From contig CALSNN010000001.1 in the NCBI GenBank assembly GCA_943787735.1, positions 130,239 to 194,238 on the forward strand: 64,000 nt of DNA, written 5' to 3'. The notes below the pieces were generated by a model. The model saw only the letters and a program-made list of their open reading frames with translations. It made no database searches and was not told where the DNA came from. The stretch comes from an uncultured Alphaproteobacteria bacterium. GTDB taxonomy: Bacteria > Pseudomonadota > Alphaproteobacteria > Puniceispirillales > Puniceispirillaceae. Positions within the stretch are counted from its first letter, which is position 1, and each line of letters begins with the position of its first letter. This document shows positions 41,955 to 54,826 of the stretch, one piece after another. Position numbers and translations under genes: made by a program.

Positions 41955-44210
41955 GAACTTGTAAGAACGCCAGCCAGCCCATGGCTTGATGGGCTAAATA
42001 CGGCACAAAGCGAAGCTGTGAAAACACTTGATGGGCCATTGCTGGTTTTGTCGGGTGCCGGTACAGGTAAAACGCGTGTGTTGACGTCGCGTCTTGCCGA
42101 ATTGGTTGCCAGCGGCACGGCAAAGCCATGGAATATTCTGGCAGTGACCTTTACCAATAAGGCCGCACGCGAGATGAAATTGCGCGTTGCTAGTCTGGTT
42201 GGGCCGATGGCCGAGCAAGTGTGGCTTGGTACCTTTCATGCGCTTGCTGCCAAAATGTTGCGCCGCCATGCCGATCTTGTGGGTTTGCGTTCTGATTTTA
42301 CCATTCTCGATACCGATGATCAGATCAGACTGCTTAAACAATTAATGGAAGCCGAAGATATTGATCCCAAACGCTGGCCAGCGCGCATGCTTGGCGGCGT
42401 GATTTCGCGTTGGAAAGACCGTGGGCTGCCGCCGGAAAAAGTGGGGCTTGCCGAGGCTGGTGATATTGCCAATGGGCGTGTTCGGGCGCTTTATGAGCGC
42501 TATCAGACCCGCCTTATTGCGCTGAATGCTGTCGATTTTGGTGATTTGCTGCTTCATATGCTTAGCATTTTTACCACCCATGCCGATGTTTTGGCCGATT
42601 ATCAAAACCGCATCACCCATATCATGGTGGATGAATATCAAGATACGAATGTTGCGCAATATCTTTGGTTGCGGCTATTGACCGGCAACCGCAACAATCT
42701 TTGTTGTGTTGGTGATGATGATCAGTCGATCTATGGCTGGCGTGGTGCCGAAGTTGGCAATATTTTGCGCTTTGAAAGCGATTTTAGCGGTGCCAAAACG
42801 GTTCGGCTTGAAGAAAATTACCGTTCAACTGGTCATATTCTGGCAGCGGCGTCCAAAATCATCGCGCGTAATGAAACGCGGCTTGGCAAAACCTTATATA
42901 CATCTGCGGATGACGGCGAAAAACTGCGGGTCAATGGCTATTGGGATGGGCCTGACGAGGCGCGGAATATCGCCAGCCAGATCGAAACAATGATGAAAGA
43001 TGGTGTTCATCTCTCGCAAATTGCCGTTCTGGTTCGTGCTGGATTTCAAACCCGCGAATTTGAAGAACGGTTTATTGCGATTGGCCTTCCTTATCGGGTG
43101 GTTGGTGCGCGGTTTTATGAACGCGCGGAAATTCGCGATGCTATTGCTTATTTGCGGCTTATTGCCCAACCAGCCGATGATCTGGCCTTTGAGCGTATTA
43201 TCAATACGCCGAAACGCGGTCTTGGGACGGCAAGCTTGCAAGCGGTGCATATTCAGGCGCGGGCGTCAGATAAGCCACTTCTGGCGGCAGCAATTGATCT
43301 TGTGCAAACCGAAGAACTGCGTCCCGCTGCACGCCATGCGCTTGGAAGTTTTGTGCAGGATATCAAACGCTGGCGCGATCTTGCCGGATCAACGCATCAG
43401 GCTGATCTTGCCAAAATGATGCTTGATGAATCGGGCTATACGCAAATGTGGCAGCTTGATAAATCACCCGACGCCGAAGGCAGGCTGGAAAATCTGACCG
43501 AATTGATCAATGCGATGCAGGATTTTGACTCGCTTCAGGGGTTTTTGGAACATATCGCTCTTGTTACTGATGGTGATGCCGATCCTGAACATGGCGAAGT
43601 GACGCTGATGACGCTTCATGCGGCAAAAGGGCTGGAATTTGACGCGGTATTTTTGCCCGGCTGGGAAGAGGGGGTTTTCCCAAGCCAGCGAACGATGGAT
43701 GAAAATGGCGCTGTTGGTCTCGAAGAAGAACGCCGCTTGGCCTATGTTGGCATCACGCGGGCAAAACGTGATCTTTTCATCAGCTTTGCCAATAGCCGGC
43801 GTATTCATGGCCAATGGCAATCGTCAATTCCCTCACGCTTTGTCCAAGAATTACCGCCAGAAAATATTGTTGAAGATATGGCACAAGGCATGGGGCTTGG
43901 CCGTGTGACTGCGGCGCGGCTTGGTGACGAATCGGGTACGAATGGATTTGGTGCGAATGGTGGGGCTGGCGGCTATAGTGCGGGTGGCTATGGTGCTGGT
44001 TGGCGGCGGATGGCGGCGCGGCGCGCCGAACCGGCGGATGGCAATTGGCAACCGGCAAATAACAAGACCGAATTTACAACTGGTGACCGGGTGTTTCACC
44101 AGAAATTTGGCATGGGCAATATTTTGACCATTGATGGAGACAAGCTATTGATTGCATTTGATAAAGCGGGTGATAAAAAGGTGGTATCAGGATTTGTGAG
44201 CAAGCCATGA
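41949..44210 (+). CDS. uvrD: UvrD/PcrA ATP-dependent DNA helicase
   Basis: GAGTGKT, TFTNKAA, VDEYQDTN, VGDDDQSIYGWRGA, TLHAAKGLEF, EERRLAYVGITRA; C-terminal GDRVFHQKFG domain. Confidence 0.96.
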   Translation: MNELVRTPASPWLDGLNTAQSEAVKTLDGPLLVLSGAGTGKTRVLTSRLAELVASGTAKPWNILAVTFTNKAAREMKLRVASLVGPMAEQVWLGTFHALAAKMLRRHADLVGLRSDFTILDTDDQIRLLKQLMEAEDIDPKRWPARMLGGVISRWKDRGLPPEKVGLAEAGDIANGRVRALYERYQTRLIALNAVDFGDLLLHMLSIFTTHADVLADYQNRITHIMVDEYQDTNVAQYLWLRLLTGNRNNLCCVGDDDQSIYGWRGAEVGNILRFESDFSGAKTVRLEENYRSTGHILAAASKIIARNETRLGKTLYTSADDGEKLRVNGYWDGPDEARNIASQIETMMKDGVHLSQIAVLVRAGFQTREFEERFIAIGLPYRVVGARFYERAEIRDAIAYLRLIAQPADDLAFERIINTPKRGLGTASLQAVHIQARASDKPLLAAAIDLVQTEELRPAARHALGSFVQDIKRWRDLAGSTHQADLAKMMLDESGYTQMWQLDKSPDAEGRLENLTELINAMQDFDSLQGFLEHIALVTDGDADPEHGEVTLMTLHAAKGLEFDAVFLPGWEEGVFPSQRTMDENGAVGLEEERRLAYVGITRAKRDLFISFANSRRIHGQWQSSIPSRFVQELPPENIVEDMAQGMGLGRVTAARLGDESGTNGFGANGGAGGYSAGGYGAGWRRMAARRAEPADGNWQPANNKTEFTTGDRVFHQKFGMGNILTIDGDKLLIAFDKAGDKKVVSGFVSKP

Positions 44211-45133
44211 CAGCGCTTCAATCAGTCGTTCTAACCCTGCCGGCGCGGCTTGATGATCGGGCAATGACTGCCTTTGAACGTATTTTTAGCGAGTTTTTGG
44301 ACAGTGCTGCTACATCATTCCAGCGCGACGATTCTGGTGATTGGCAAATCGAAGCCTTGTTCGAATTTACCCCTGATGCGGCAATCATTGATCAAATGCT
44401 GGCGCCGCTTTATCAGCATGAATCGATTGTCCCAGTTCCAATCAATGTATTACCGGTCGAACAGCGTGATTGGCTTGCCGAAAATCGCGCCGCCTTTCCG
44501 CCATTGCATATTGGCCGGTTCTGGGTTTACGGAAGTCATGTCACCACGCCCCGTCCGGCGGCAAGCCTGCCTTTGTTGATTGATGCCGCCTTGGCCTTTG
44601 GCTCGGGAACACACCCAACAACTGAAGGCTGTTTGCGAGCGATGCAGATGATTCGGCGGATGGCCCCGCGGCGGGTTCTTGATATGGGTTGTGGTTCGGC
44701 AATTCTGGCAATGGCGGCATCACGGCTTTGGCCATCATGCCAAACAATTGCTGCTGATAATGATCCGGTTGCGGTTCGGGTTGCGGCGCGCAATCGCGCG
44801 CTTAATGCCATTGCGCCTGCAAAAATGCGGCTTGCCGTTTCGCATGGATTTGGCAGTCGTATCGTTTGTAATCACGCGCCTTATGATTTGGTGCTTGCCA
44901 ATATTCTGGCAGGCCCGCTATGCGGGATGGCGCCTGATCTTGCGCCACGGCTGGCAAAGGGGGGCTGGCTTATTTTGTCAGGCATTCTTAATGGGCAGGC
45001 AACCGCAGTTGAGGCCGCCTATCGGGCGCAGCGGCTTCGTGTCTGGCACCGGATCTGTATTGGCGATTGGACAACAATTATCATGCGGCCATCGGCTATA
45101 GGTACGATGCCGCAATTATGGGGTGGACGGTGA
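44207..45133 (+). CDS. prmA: Ribosomal protein L11 methyltransferase
   Basis: AFGSGTHPTT, LDMGCGSAILA, ANILAGPL, LILSGIL. Confidence 0.93.
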   Translation: MTALQSVVLTLPARLDDRAMTAFERIFSEFLDSAATSFQRDDSGDWQIEALFEFTPDAAIIDQMLAPLYQHESIVPVPINVLPVEQRDWLAENRAAFPPLHIGRFWVYGSHVTTPRPAASLPLLIDAALAFGSGTHPTTEGCLRAMQMIRRMAPRRVLDMGCGSAILAMAASRLWPSCQTIAADNDPVAVRVAARNRALNAIAPAKMRLAVSHGFGSRIVCNHAPYDLVLANILAGPLCGMAPDLAPRLAKGGWLILSGILNGQATAVEAAYRAQRLRVWHRICIGDWTTIIMRPSAIGTMPQLWGGR

Positions 45134-46902
45134 GCCAGCAGGACAAAACCCGCTCCAAGCGGTTGCAATTGCTTCGCGAGGCTATGGCTGCGGCCGAATT
45201 TGACGGCTGGATTATTGGCCGCGAAGACATGTATCAGGGTGAAGAAGTGCCGTCTGGTGATGAACGGCTTGCCTATTTATCCGGATTTACCGGATCGGCT
45301 GGCTTTGCGGTTGTTCTTGGCGATCGGGCGGGGCTATTTAGTGATGGTCGCTATGGTTTGCAAATGCCCGCACAAACCAATGCTGCCGATTGGGATTGCA
45401 ACATTAGTCCCGATGTGACATGCGAAGATTGGCTTAAAACAGTGGGATTGGCCACTGGTGCCGTCATCGCAATTGATGGCAGGCTGGTCACGGTTGCAGG
45501 CTTTAGACGGTTTGAAAAATCGGTTCTTGCGGCGGGTGGAACGCTTGTTTGTCACCATGAAAATCTGCTTGATCTGCAATGGCGTGATCGCCCGGCCTTG
45601 CCACCTGCGGCAAGCTGGCAGATGCCGGTTGAAAATGCCGGTAAGTCAGTCGCCGAAAAAAAGGATGATCTTGCCGCATATCTTGGCGCCAAAGCGTGCG
45701 CGGCGGTTCTGCTAACGCGGGTGGATTCGGTGAATTGGCTGGTGAATATGCGGGGTGGTGATTTGCCCTGCACGCCAGTCAATCTGTGTTTTGCCCTTTA
45801 CCATCGTGAATCAGGCCTTTGCCTTTTGGGTGATAAATCGCGCCTTCAGCCGGTTTTAACGCCAGATATCACGGTCGCGCCTTTGACCCAATTGCCAGCA
45901 TTGCTTGGCGATATGGGTGATGGCCGCTTGATGATTGAGGCGGCAAGCCTTCCAAAAATGCTGTTTGACCAGATTACGGCAAGCGGTGTGAGCATTTTTG
46001 AGGCTGATTGTCCGCTGACCATCGAAAAAGCGCGCAAGACCCCTGCTGAACTTGGTGGGTTTCGCGCGGCACACCGGCGTGATGGCGTGGCAATGGTTGA
46101 ATTTTTATGCTGGCTTGATCAGGCCTTATCGGTGCCGTCTGTCACTATGACCGAAAGTGAACTTGCCGATAAGTTACTGGCGTTTCGCCAGCAACAAGAC
46201 GGGTTTCTGGCGCCAAGCTTTAACACCATCGCCGGATCAGGCCCAAATGGTGCCATTGTGCATTATCGGGCAATTGCTGGGGCGGATCGCCGGCTGGCAA
46301 ACAACGACCTGCTGCTGCTGGACTCGGGCGGGCATTACCGTGATGGAACAACTGATATTACCCGCACCATCGCCATTGGAACGCCGCCAGCTGGCGCGGT
46401 TGCTGCCTATAGCCATGTTCTGCAAAGCCATATTCATCTGGCAATGGCGAAATTTCCAACAGGTACGAATGGCAAACAGCTCGATGCGATTGCGCGTGCG
46501 CCTTTATGGGCGGCAGGACTGGATTTTGCGCATGGTACAGGTCATGGCGTTGGTCATGTTCTATCGGTTCATGAAGGGCCTGCCAGCATTTCCAAACGCG
46601 GCGAAGTGGCGCTTGAAGCGGGCATGGTTTTATCGAATGAGCCGGGTTATTACCAGACCGGTGATTGGGGCATTCGGATTGAAAATCTGATCGTCGTGAC
46701 GCCATCAAAACCGACTGGGTTTCTGGAATTTGAAACAATCACCCTTTGCCCGCTTGATCGCCAGCTGATTGATAAAACACGGCTTGATGCTGCCGAAATT
46801 GACTGGATTGATCGCTATCACCGCAACATATATGCGCAATTGCATCCGCATCTATCACCAATGGCAAAATCATGGTTAGAGACAGCCTGCCGCCAGCTAT
46901 AG
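45130..46902 (+). CDS. Aminopeptidase P family (M24B) protein
   Basis: SGFTGSAG, DGRY, DSGGHY.DGTTDITRT, HGTGHGVG, VHEGP, SNEPGYY, GIRIEN; GTG start overlapping the prmA stop. Confidence 0.94.
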   Translation: MSQQDKTRSKRLQLLREAMAAAEFDGWIIGREDMYQGEEVPSGDERLAYLSGFTGSAGFAVVLGDRAGLFSDGRYGLQMPAQTNAADWDCNISPDVTCEDWLKTVGLATGAVIAIDGRLVTVAGFRRFEKSVLAAGGTLVCHHENLLDLQWRDRPALPPAASWQMPVENAGKSVAEKKDDLAAYLGAKACAAVLLTRVDSVNWLVNMRGGDLPCTPVNLCFALYHRESGLCLLGDKSRLQPVLTPDITVAPLTQLPALLGDMGDGRLMIEAASLPKMLFDQITASGVSIFEADCPLTIEKARKTPAELGGFRAAHRRDGVAMVEFLCWLDQALSVPSVTMTESELADKLLAFRQQQDGFLAPSFNTIAGSGPNGAIVHYRAIAGADRRLANNDLLLLDSGGHYRDGTTDITRTIAIGTPPAGAVAAYSHVLQSHIHLAMAKFPTGTNGKQLDAIARAPLWAAGLDFAHGTGHGVGHVLSVHEGPASISKRGEVALEAGMVLSNEPGYYQTGDWGIRIENLIVVTPSKPTGFLEFETITLCPLDRQLIDKTRLDAAEIDWIDRYHRNIYAQLHPHLSPMAKSWLETACRQL

Positions 46903-46936
46903 CGGCGCCATTGTCAAAGGCGATATTGGCAAATTG

Positions 46937-49036
<2,100 letters not shown>

Positions 49037-50698
49037 TTAACCCCCAAGCAGCGCCGCGGCGGCGGCTCGTGCTTCGGCAGTTACGGTTTCTCCCGCCAGC
49101 ATACGGGCGATTTCTTCGGTTCTTTCATCATCATTTAACGCGCGTGTCGCGCTGACAACGCCGCTATCAGTGGCGGTTTTGGCGATGCGCAAATGCTGGT
49201 TGGCGCGGGCGGCCACTTGCGGCGAATGCGTGATGACAAGGGTTTGTGTACTGGCACCAAGGCGGCTTAGCCGGTCACCAACCGCAGCGGCAACAGCGCC
49301 ACCAACACCTGAATCGACCTCATCGAAAATCAGGCTTCGCGGATGGCTGCTTTCTTCCAAACAGACTTTGAGCGCAAGTAAGAACCGGGCTAACTCGCCG
49401 CCTGAGGCAACGCGGTCAATTGGCCCTGCATTCATGCCTTCATTGGTGCTGGCTTCAAAGCGAACGGCGGTTGTGCCACGCGGGCCCCATTGCGCATCAC
49501 CAAGCGGGGTGATGGCGGTGGTAAATCGGGCGCCATCAAGTTTCAGTGGTGGCAATTCGGCAAGGACGGCCTGATCAAGATTGATTGCCGCCAGTTTGCG
49601 GCTGGCATCAAGCTGGCTAGACATGTCCAGATAGTAATCCTGCCATTTCTGCGCTGTTTCACCAAGCTTGCCAAGCATGCCAGATGAATCTTCAATGGCG
49701 GCAAGCCTGCTTGCCAATGTTTGATGGATTGTGGGCAAGTCATCTAGGCCACAATTATGTTTGCGTGCCTGCTGACGCAATTCATGAAGCCGGTCATCTA
49801 GCTGTTGCAGCAGATTGGGATCGGCCTCAAGCGCATGTCCGGCAGATTGGATGGCGCTGTTCGCCTCGCTAAGTTCGGCGTCAGCGCGCGCCAAAGCGTC
49901 AAGTGCCTGATCAAGCTTGCCGCCGGCAAGCGGTGCAACCTTTTCCAATGCAGCTAAGGCACGGCCAAGGCCTGCCTGAGCGCCAACTTCACCAAAAACA
50001 GCATCTTCAGCCAATGACAGGCTTTCACCGATTTTCGAGACATTAGCCAAAAGCGTGCGCTTGCCTATCAGGCTGTCTTCTTCGCCGGTTTCGGGGGCAA
50101 GCCGGTCAAGCGTGTCAACCGCGTCACGAAGCCAGTCTTCTTCGGCTTTGGCTTTAACAAGCGCATCACGCGCCGCATCAAGCGCCTTGCGGGCGATATC
50201 CCATTGCTGCCAGCCTTCTTTGGTTTTGGCCAGTAAATCATGATGACCCGCGGCGCGATCAAGAAGCGTCATATGTGTCGAAATATCAAGAAGGCCGCGT
50301 CCTTCAAACTGGCCCTGAATTTCAACTAGTAAATCACCAACTTGCCGCAACAGCCCAACCGATACGGCGATGTCATTAATGCTGGCTGATGATTTGCCGT
50401 CACTTTTCAGACGACGACGCAGGATCATGTCATCTTCGGGCATGATGCCTGCCTCTTCGACAAGCTGCCATGCTGGATGGTTTGCAGGAAGGGCAAAGCT
50501 GGCACTGACATGGGCTTGATCATGGCCCTGCCGGATCAGGCCAAAATCGGCACGGCTGCCAAGCGCCAGCCCCAACGCATCAAGCAGAATCGATTTGCCA
50601 GCACCGGTTTCGCCAGTCAATACCGTCAGCCCCGGTGCAAATTGCAAAGTTAATTGCTCAATCAGGACAATATTGGAAACAGTAAGGCTTTGCAGCAT
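49037..50698 (-). CDS. recN: DNA repair protein RecN
   Basis: LTGETGAGKS, ASGGELAR, IFDEVDSG, ITHSPQVAA, EEIARML. Confidence 0.97.
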   Translation of the reverse strand: MLQSLTVSNIVLIEQLTLQFAPGLTVLTGETGAGKSILLDALGLALGSRADFGLIRQGHDQAHVSASFALPANHPAWQLVEEAGIMPEDDMILRRRLKSDGKSSASINDIAVSVGLLRQVGDLLVEIQGQFEGRGLLDISTHMTLLDRAAGHHDLLAKTKEGWQQWDIARKALDAARDALVKAKAEEDWLRDAVDTLDRLAPETGEEDSLIGKRTLLANVSKIGESLSLAEDAVFGEVGAQAGLGRALAALEKVAPLAGGKLDQALDALARADAELSEANSAIQSAGHALEADPNLLQQLDDRLHELRQQARKHNCGLDDLPTIHQTLASRLAAIEDSSGMLGKLGETAQKWQDYYLDMSSQLDASRKLAAINLDQAVLAELPPLKLDGARFTTAITPLGDAQWGPRGTTAVRFEASTNEGMNAGPIDRVASGGELARFLLALKVCLEESSHPRSLIFDEVDSGVGGAVAAAVGDRLSRLGASTQTLVITHSPQVAARANQHLRIAKTATDSGVVSATRALNDDERTEEIARMLAGETVTAEARAAAAALLGG

Positions 50699-50700
50699 GG

Positions 50701-51513
50701 TCAGTTAAAAATATTGGTAATCACGTCGATGGATCGCTCAAACATACCCTTTTCAGGGGGCTGTTCTGGGTCGGCCCGCAAACTGGCCAGCCGCTCTGTC
50801 CAGACGGATTGCGGATAGTTATATTGTGCAACCTGATAAAGACGTTCCGATTGATCGGAAAGGCCAAGCGAATAATAGGCTTCGGCGGTTCGGAACAGGG
50901 CTTCAGGCACCTGATTGGTGGTATCATAATCCGTGATAACGATATTAAACCGGCGGATCGCGGCGGTATATTGTTCGCGCTCGAGATAGAACCGGCCAAC
51001 GGCCATTTCTTTGCCAGCAAGATGCGACTTTGTCAGGTCGATTTTCAACTGTCCGTCACGGGCATAGGTGCCTTTGGGAAAGCGGCGGACAAGCTCTTCA
51101 AAGGCGGTAAGTGATAATTTGGTCATTTCCGCATCGCGTTCAACATCGACAATCTGTTCGTAATAGCTCAAGGCCTTCAGGTAATAGGCATATTCAACCA
51201 ACGGATCGGCTGGGTTTAGCTCGACAAAGCGATCAAGGGCTGAGATGGCGCGTGCATATTGATTAGCCTCATAAAATGACCATGCTGCCATGATCTGGGC
51301 GCGGGTGGCCAATTCCGAATAGGGATGCTGGCGTTCAACTTCTTCAAATTTTGGCGCAGCGGCTTTTGGATCACCACCAATCGCCGTATTCAGCGCATCA
51401 CGATATAAAACATCAACGGGCTGTTCAACCTGTTCAACAATGTCGGGGCCAGATGAACATGCGGCGACAAGGCAGCAAGCGGCAAACATCAGGATTTTCT
51501 TTTGACTGGTCAC
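50701..51513 (-). CDS. bamD: Outer membrane protein assembly factor BamD
   Basis: VAAC lipobox, TPRs (ERQHPYS, YAYYLKALSYY, LAGKEMAVGRFY); between lpxC and recN; start GTG 51513 or ATG 51489. Confidence 0.92.
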   Translation of the reverse strand: MTSQKKILMFAACCLVAACSSGPDIVEQVEQPVDVLYRDALNTAIGGDPKAAAPKFEEVERQHPYSELATRAQIMAAWSFYEANQYARAISALDRFVELNPADPLVEYAYYLKALSYYEQIVDVERDAEMTKLSLTAFEELVRRFPKGTYARDGQLKIDLTKSHLAGKEMAVGRFYLEREQYTAAIRRFNIVITDYDTTNQVPEALFRTAEAYYSLGLSDQSERLYQVAQYNYPQSVWTERLASLRADPEQPPEKGMFERSIDVITNIFN

Positions 51514-51685
51514 ATCCGGCTCCGCTGGCGGCTTTCGATAAAGATAAAAGGGATAGACGCATCCCGATGGCCCCCACAATAGCCCGATAAAAGCTTACTG
51601 AAAAGAGCGCGTTGCGAATGGTAGCATATTCACGAATTTTTGCATGGATTTTAGGCTGTTTTGCCAGATATCAATTGGTGGCGGC

Positions 51686-52648
51686 TTAGGCCATTGCAGC
51701 GGCCGCCAACTCGGGCATGGCAAAGCTGTCTGACCGGCTATGTTCGCCGCCAGCCTCGATCACCTTATAGGCGGTCGGGTCATTCAGTAATGTTTGCACC
51801 AATTTGGTGCTAAGCGCATGGCCTGGGCGTGACGCGGTCATTTTGGCTTTGACCGGCATGCCAATCAGAAACAGATCGCCAAGACAATCAAGCACCTTGT
51901 GACGCACAAATTCACGTTCAATACGCAAGCCGCCTTCATTTAATATTTTACCATCATCAACAACAATGGCGTTATTCAATGATCCGCCAAGCGCAAGTCC
52001 GGCATTCTGCATCAATTCAACGTCACGCAATTGACAAAAAGTCCGCGCAGTTGCCAATTCGGCAGCAAAACTGCCATCACTATGGCTGTAGCTAAAGCTT
52101 TGATTGCCAATGGCGCGATCATCAAATTCGATTTTAACATCAATTTGCAATTGATCGGCTGGCTCAAGCCGCGCCCACGCGCCGCAATCAAGCTGAACTT
52201 CAATTGGCTTGGTTACGATCATATATTTGCGCCGTGCTGGCAGAACTTCAAGACCGGCATTGTTAAGCGCGTCTAGAACAGGTTGGCTGCTACCATCCAG
52301 AATAGGCGCTTCAGAGGCGTCAATTTCGATGATGGCATTGTCAAGCCCGACACCGGCAAAGGCGGCCATCAGATGTTCGATGGTTTCAAGCGTGATGCCT
52401 TCGCTATTAACAATGCGTGTGCATAAACGCGCGCGTTCAGCATAGCTGGCATGGGCAATGACTGTTTGTAGCTGGCCATCAATATCGATGCGGCGGAATT
52501 TTATGCCGCTATTGGCAGGGGCAGGGCAAATGGCCATACGGACAAATCGCCCCGAATGCAGGCCAATGCCTTCAAGATGCGCGATCTGGCGAACCGTTGT
52601 TTGAAACGGTTGTTCAACAAACATATTGTAGGAAAGCGTATCAGGCAT
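51686..52648 (-). CDS. lpxC: UDP-3-O-acyl-GlcNAc deacetylase
   Basis: GIGLHSG, TIEHLMAA, PILDGS, ARTF, RHKVLD.LGD, GH. Confidence 0.96.
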   Translation of the reverse strand: MPDTLSYNMFVEQPFQTTVRQIAHLEGIGLHSGRFVRMAICPAPANSGIKFRRIDIDGQLQTVIAHASYAERARLCTRIVNSEGITLETIEHLMAAFAGVGLDNAIIEIDASEAPILDGSSQPVLDALNNAGLEVLPARRKYMIVTKPIEVQLDCGAWARLEPADQLQIDVKIEFDDRAIGNQSFSYSHSDGSFAAELATARTFCQLRDVELMQNAGLALGGSLNNAIVVDDGKILNEGGLRIEREFVRHKVLDCLGDLFLIGMPVKAKMTASRPGHALSTKLVQTLLNDPTAYKVIEAGGEHSRSDSFAMPELAAAAMA

Positions 52649-52880
52649 GGGGCCGCGGTCGCTCTTTCATCTGCTGTCATCACGAGGGGGAAACCCAATC
52701 GCGAAAATCCATCTTTTTCAATTCAAAGGCTGGTATTAAAAGGCTAGTGCTGGATAGGCTTAGCCAAAAGTAATGAGCCATATGAAAACCTGAGGAAAGA
52801 TTACTCTTTTCCTCAGGCTAATCCAAATCACATTTGGTTACAGTTTGTAGCAATGGCAAAGTCTTGCCATTGCTGCATTG

Positions 52881-54656
52881 TTAATTGGCCTGACGGCGTA
52901 AAAATGCTGGAATATCAAGATCATCTTCATCAGCATTTGGCGCCGAAGCCGGGGCTGTTTCTGACCCTTTTCCGACCATGTCAGACCGTGACAGATCAAG
53001 GATTGAAACGGCAATCTGCTCTTTGGCTGCAGCTTCGTCTAAAGCAGGCTCACTGCGGCTTTGATCGCTTGATTCGGCAGGTTTGCTCTCCGGCTTGCTT
53101 GACCATAATCCCGAAATTCTATTGATCAGGCTTGATGGGCGTGCGACCGGTGTTTGTGCTGCCACGCTTACGCTTTCTTCGTCAGGCATGTTTGTCGGTG
53201 CCGCCGGAATAAACCTTGCCCGTGGCGATGCTGGTTCGTCATTAGCAATGGATAACGGTGCTGTTGGCGCGTCTCCCAACGTCGATGGCTGATCACTGCC
53301 ATTTGATGCAGCGCTGTCAAGATCAGCTGGTGCTGCATCTTTTGTGGCGGCATTGATGGCATCATTGATATCCATCTGCTGACCGGTATCCTCGGCCGTG
53401 TTGATCACTTCGGCAATCGCTTCGCTGGCAAGCTCATTGCTTAGCTGGCTGTCAAGCATATCAGCTGTGCCATCAGCCATTTTCGGGGCTGTTGCAAGAT
53501 CGCTGCTTGTCACAATCGCATGATCTTCAGCTGGTGCTTCAACCATTGTTGCAATCGCTGGCTCAACATCTGCTTCACGCGCTGGGCTTGAAAAGCTGCT
53601 TAGCGGGTTTGGCAGAATTGTACTTGTCCGCGGTGAAATGGCCTCGGTTTTTTGGGGCATCATGCTTGGGCGGCTGTTGATTTGGGCGGCACCACTAATG
53701 CCGGTTGCGACAACCGATACACGCATCACGCCTTCCAATTTATCGTCAAAGGCCGAACCAAAGATGATGGTTGCATCCGGATCAACTTCTTTGCGGATAC
53801 GGTTGGCGGCTTCGTCAACTTCAAACAGGGTCATATCAAGACCGCCGGTGATGTTGATCAGAACCGCATTGGCACCCTTCATCGTGGTGTCATCGAGAAG
53901 CGGGTTATTGATTGCAGCTTCGGCGGCCTGCGTTGCGCGGGCGTCGCCTGACGCCTCGCCAGTTCCCATCATTGCCTTGCCCATTTCGCCCATAACCGCG
54001 CGAATATCGGCAAAATCAAGATTGATTTGACCAGGCTTGATCATCAGGTCGGTAACGCCACAAACACCTTGGTGCAGAACCGCATCTGCCATATGGAATG
54101 CATCGGCAAAGGTTGTACGCTCATTCGCCAGCCTGAACAGATTCTGGTTTGGAATGACGATCAGAGTGTCAACATAGGCCTGTAATTCTTCGATGCCTTC
54201 TTCGGCCTGTTTCATCCGGCGCTGGCCTTCAAATTCAAATGGCTTGGTGATAACGCCAACAGTCAGAATGCCACGTTCACGCGCAGCGCGGGCAATAACG
54301 GGTGCGGCGCCAGTGCCGGTGCCGCCGCCCATGCCTGCGGTGATGAAGACCATGTTGCAATCCGCTAATTCAGCCATCACATCTTGCAGGCTTTCTTCAG
54401 CTGCCAAACGGCCAACTTCGGGCTTTGATCCTGCACCAAGACCTTGTGTAATCGCACTGCCAAGCTGGATTTTCCGGCTTGAAAGCGAATGGGCAAGGGC
54501 CTGACCGTCGGTGTTGGCGACCAGAAAATCAACACCCTCAAGATTGGCATTGATCATATTATTCACGGCATTACAGCCAGCGCCACCAACACCAACAACG
54601 GTGATACGAGGACGAAGCTCTTGCATGGTTTGAGGAACGGTAAGGTTGATTGTCAT
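52881..54656 (-). CDS. ftsZ: Cell division protein FtsZ
   Basis: [27 protein letters not shown]-terminal [12 protein letters not shown]. Confidence 0.99.
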   Translation of the reverse strand: MTINLTVPQTMQELRPRITVVGVGGAGCNAVNNMINANLEGVDFLVANTDGQALAHSLSSRKIQLGSAITQGLGAGSKPEVGRLAAEESLQDVMAELADCNMVFITAGMGGGTGTGAAPVIARAARERGILTVGVITKPFEFEGQRRMKQAEEGIEELQAYVDTLIVIPNQNLFRLANERTTFADAFHMADAVLHQGVCGVTDLMIKPGQINLDFADIRAVMGEMGKAMMGTGEASGDARATQAAEAAINNPLLDDTTMKGANAVLINITGGLDMTLFEVDEAANRIRKEVDPDATIIFGSAFDDKLEGVMRVSVVATGISGAAQINSRPSMMPQKTEAISPRTSTILPNPLSSFSSPAREADVEPAIATMVEAPAEDHAIVTSSDLATAPKMADGTADMLDSQLSNELASEAIAEVINTAEDTGQQMDINDAINAATKDAAPADLDSAASNGSDQPSTLGDAPTAPLSIANDEPASPRARFIPAAPTNMPDEESVSVAAQTPVARPSSLINRISGLWSSKPESKPAESSDQSRSEPALDEAAAKEQIAVSILDLSRSDMVGKGSETAPASAPNADEDDLDIPAFLRRQAN

Positions 54657-54826
54657 GACTGACTCCCTTCATTGAAGATTAAGATATTCTTGGTTGAAAT
54701 GGATTTGCTAGGGCGCAACAGGCTGGTGGAACCGGCAGGGCAAATCTGCCGGAGTCCTAATTGGTGCTGGGCGGATCGCCAGCGGAAAATTGAGTTTGAA
54801 CATATGGCCATCAATCGTCTCCTCGC

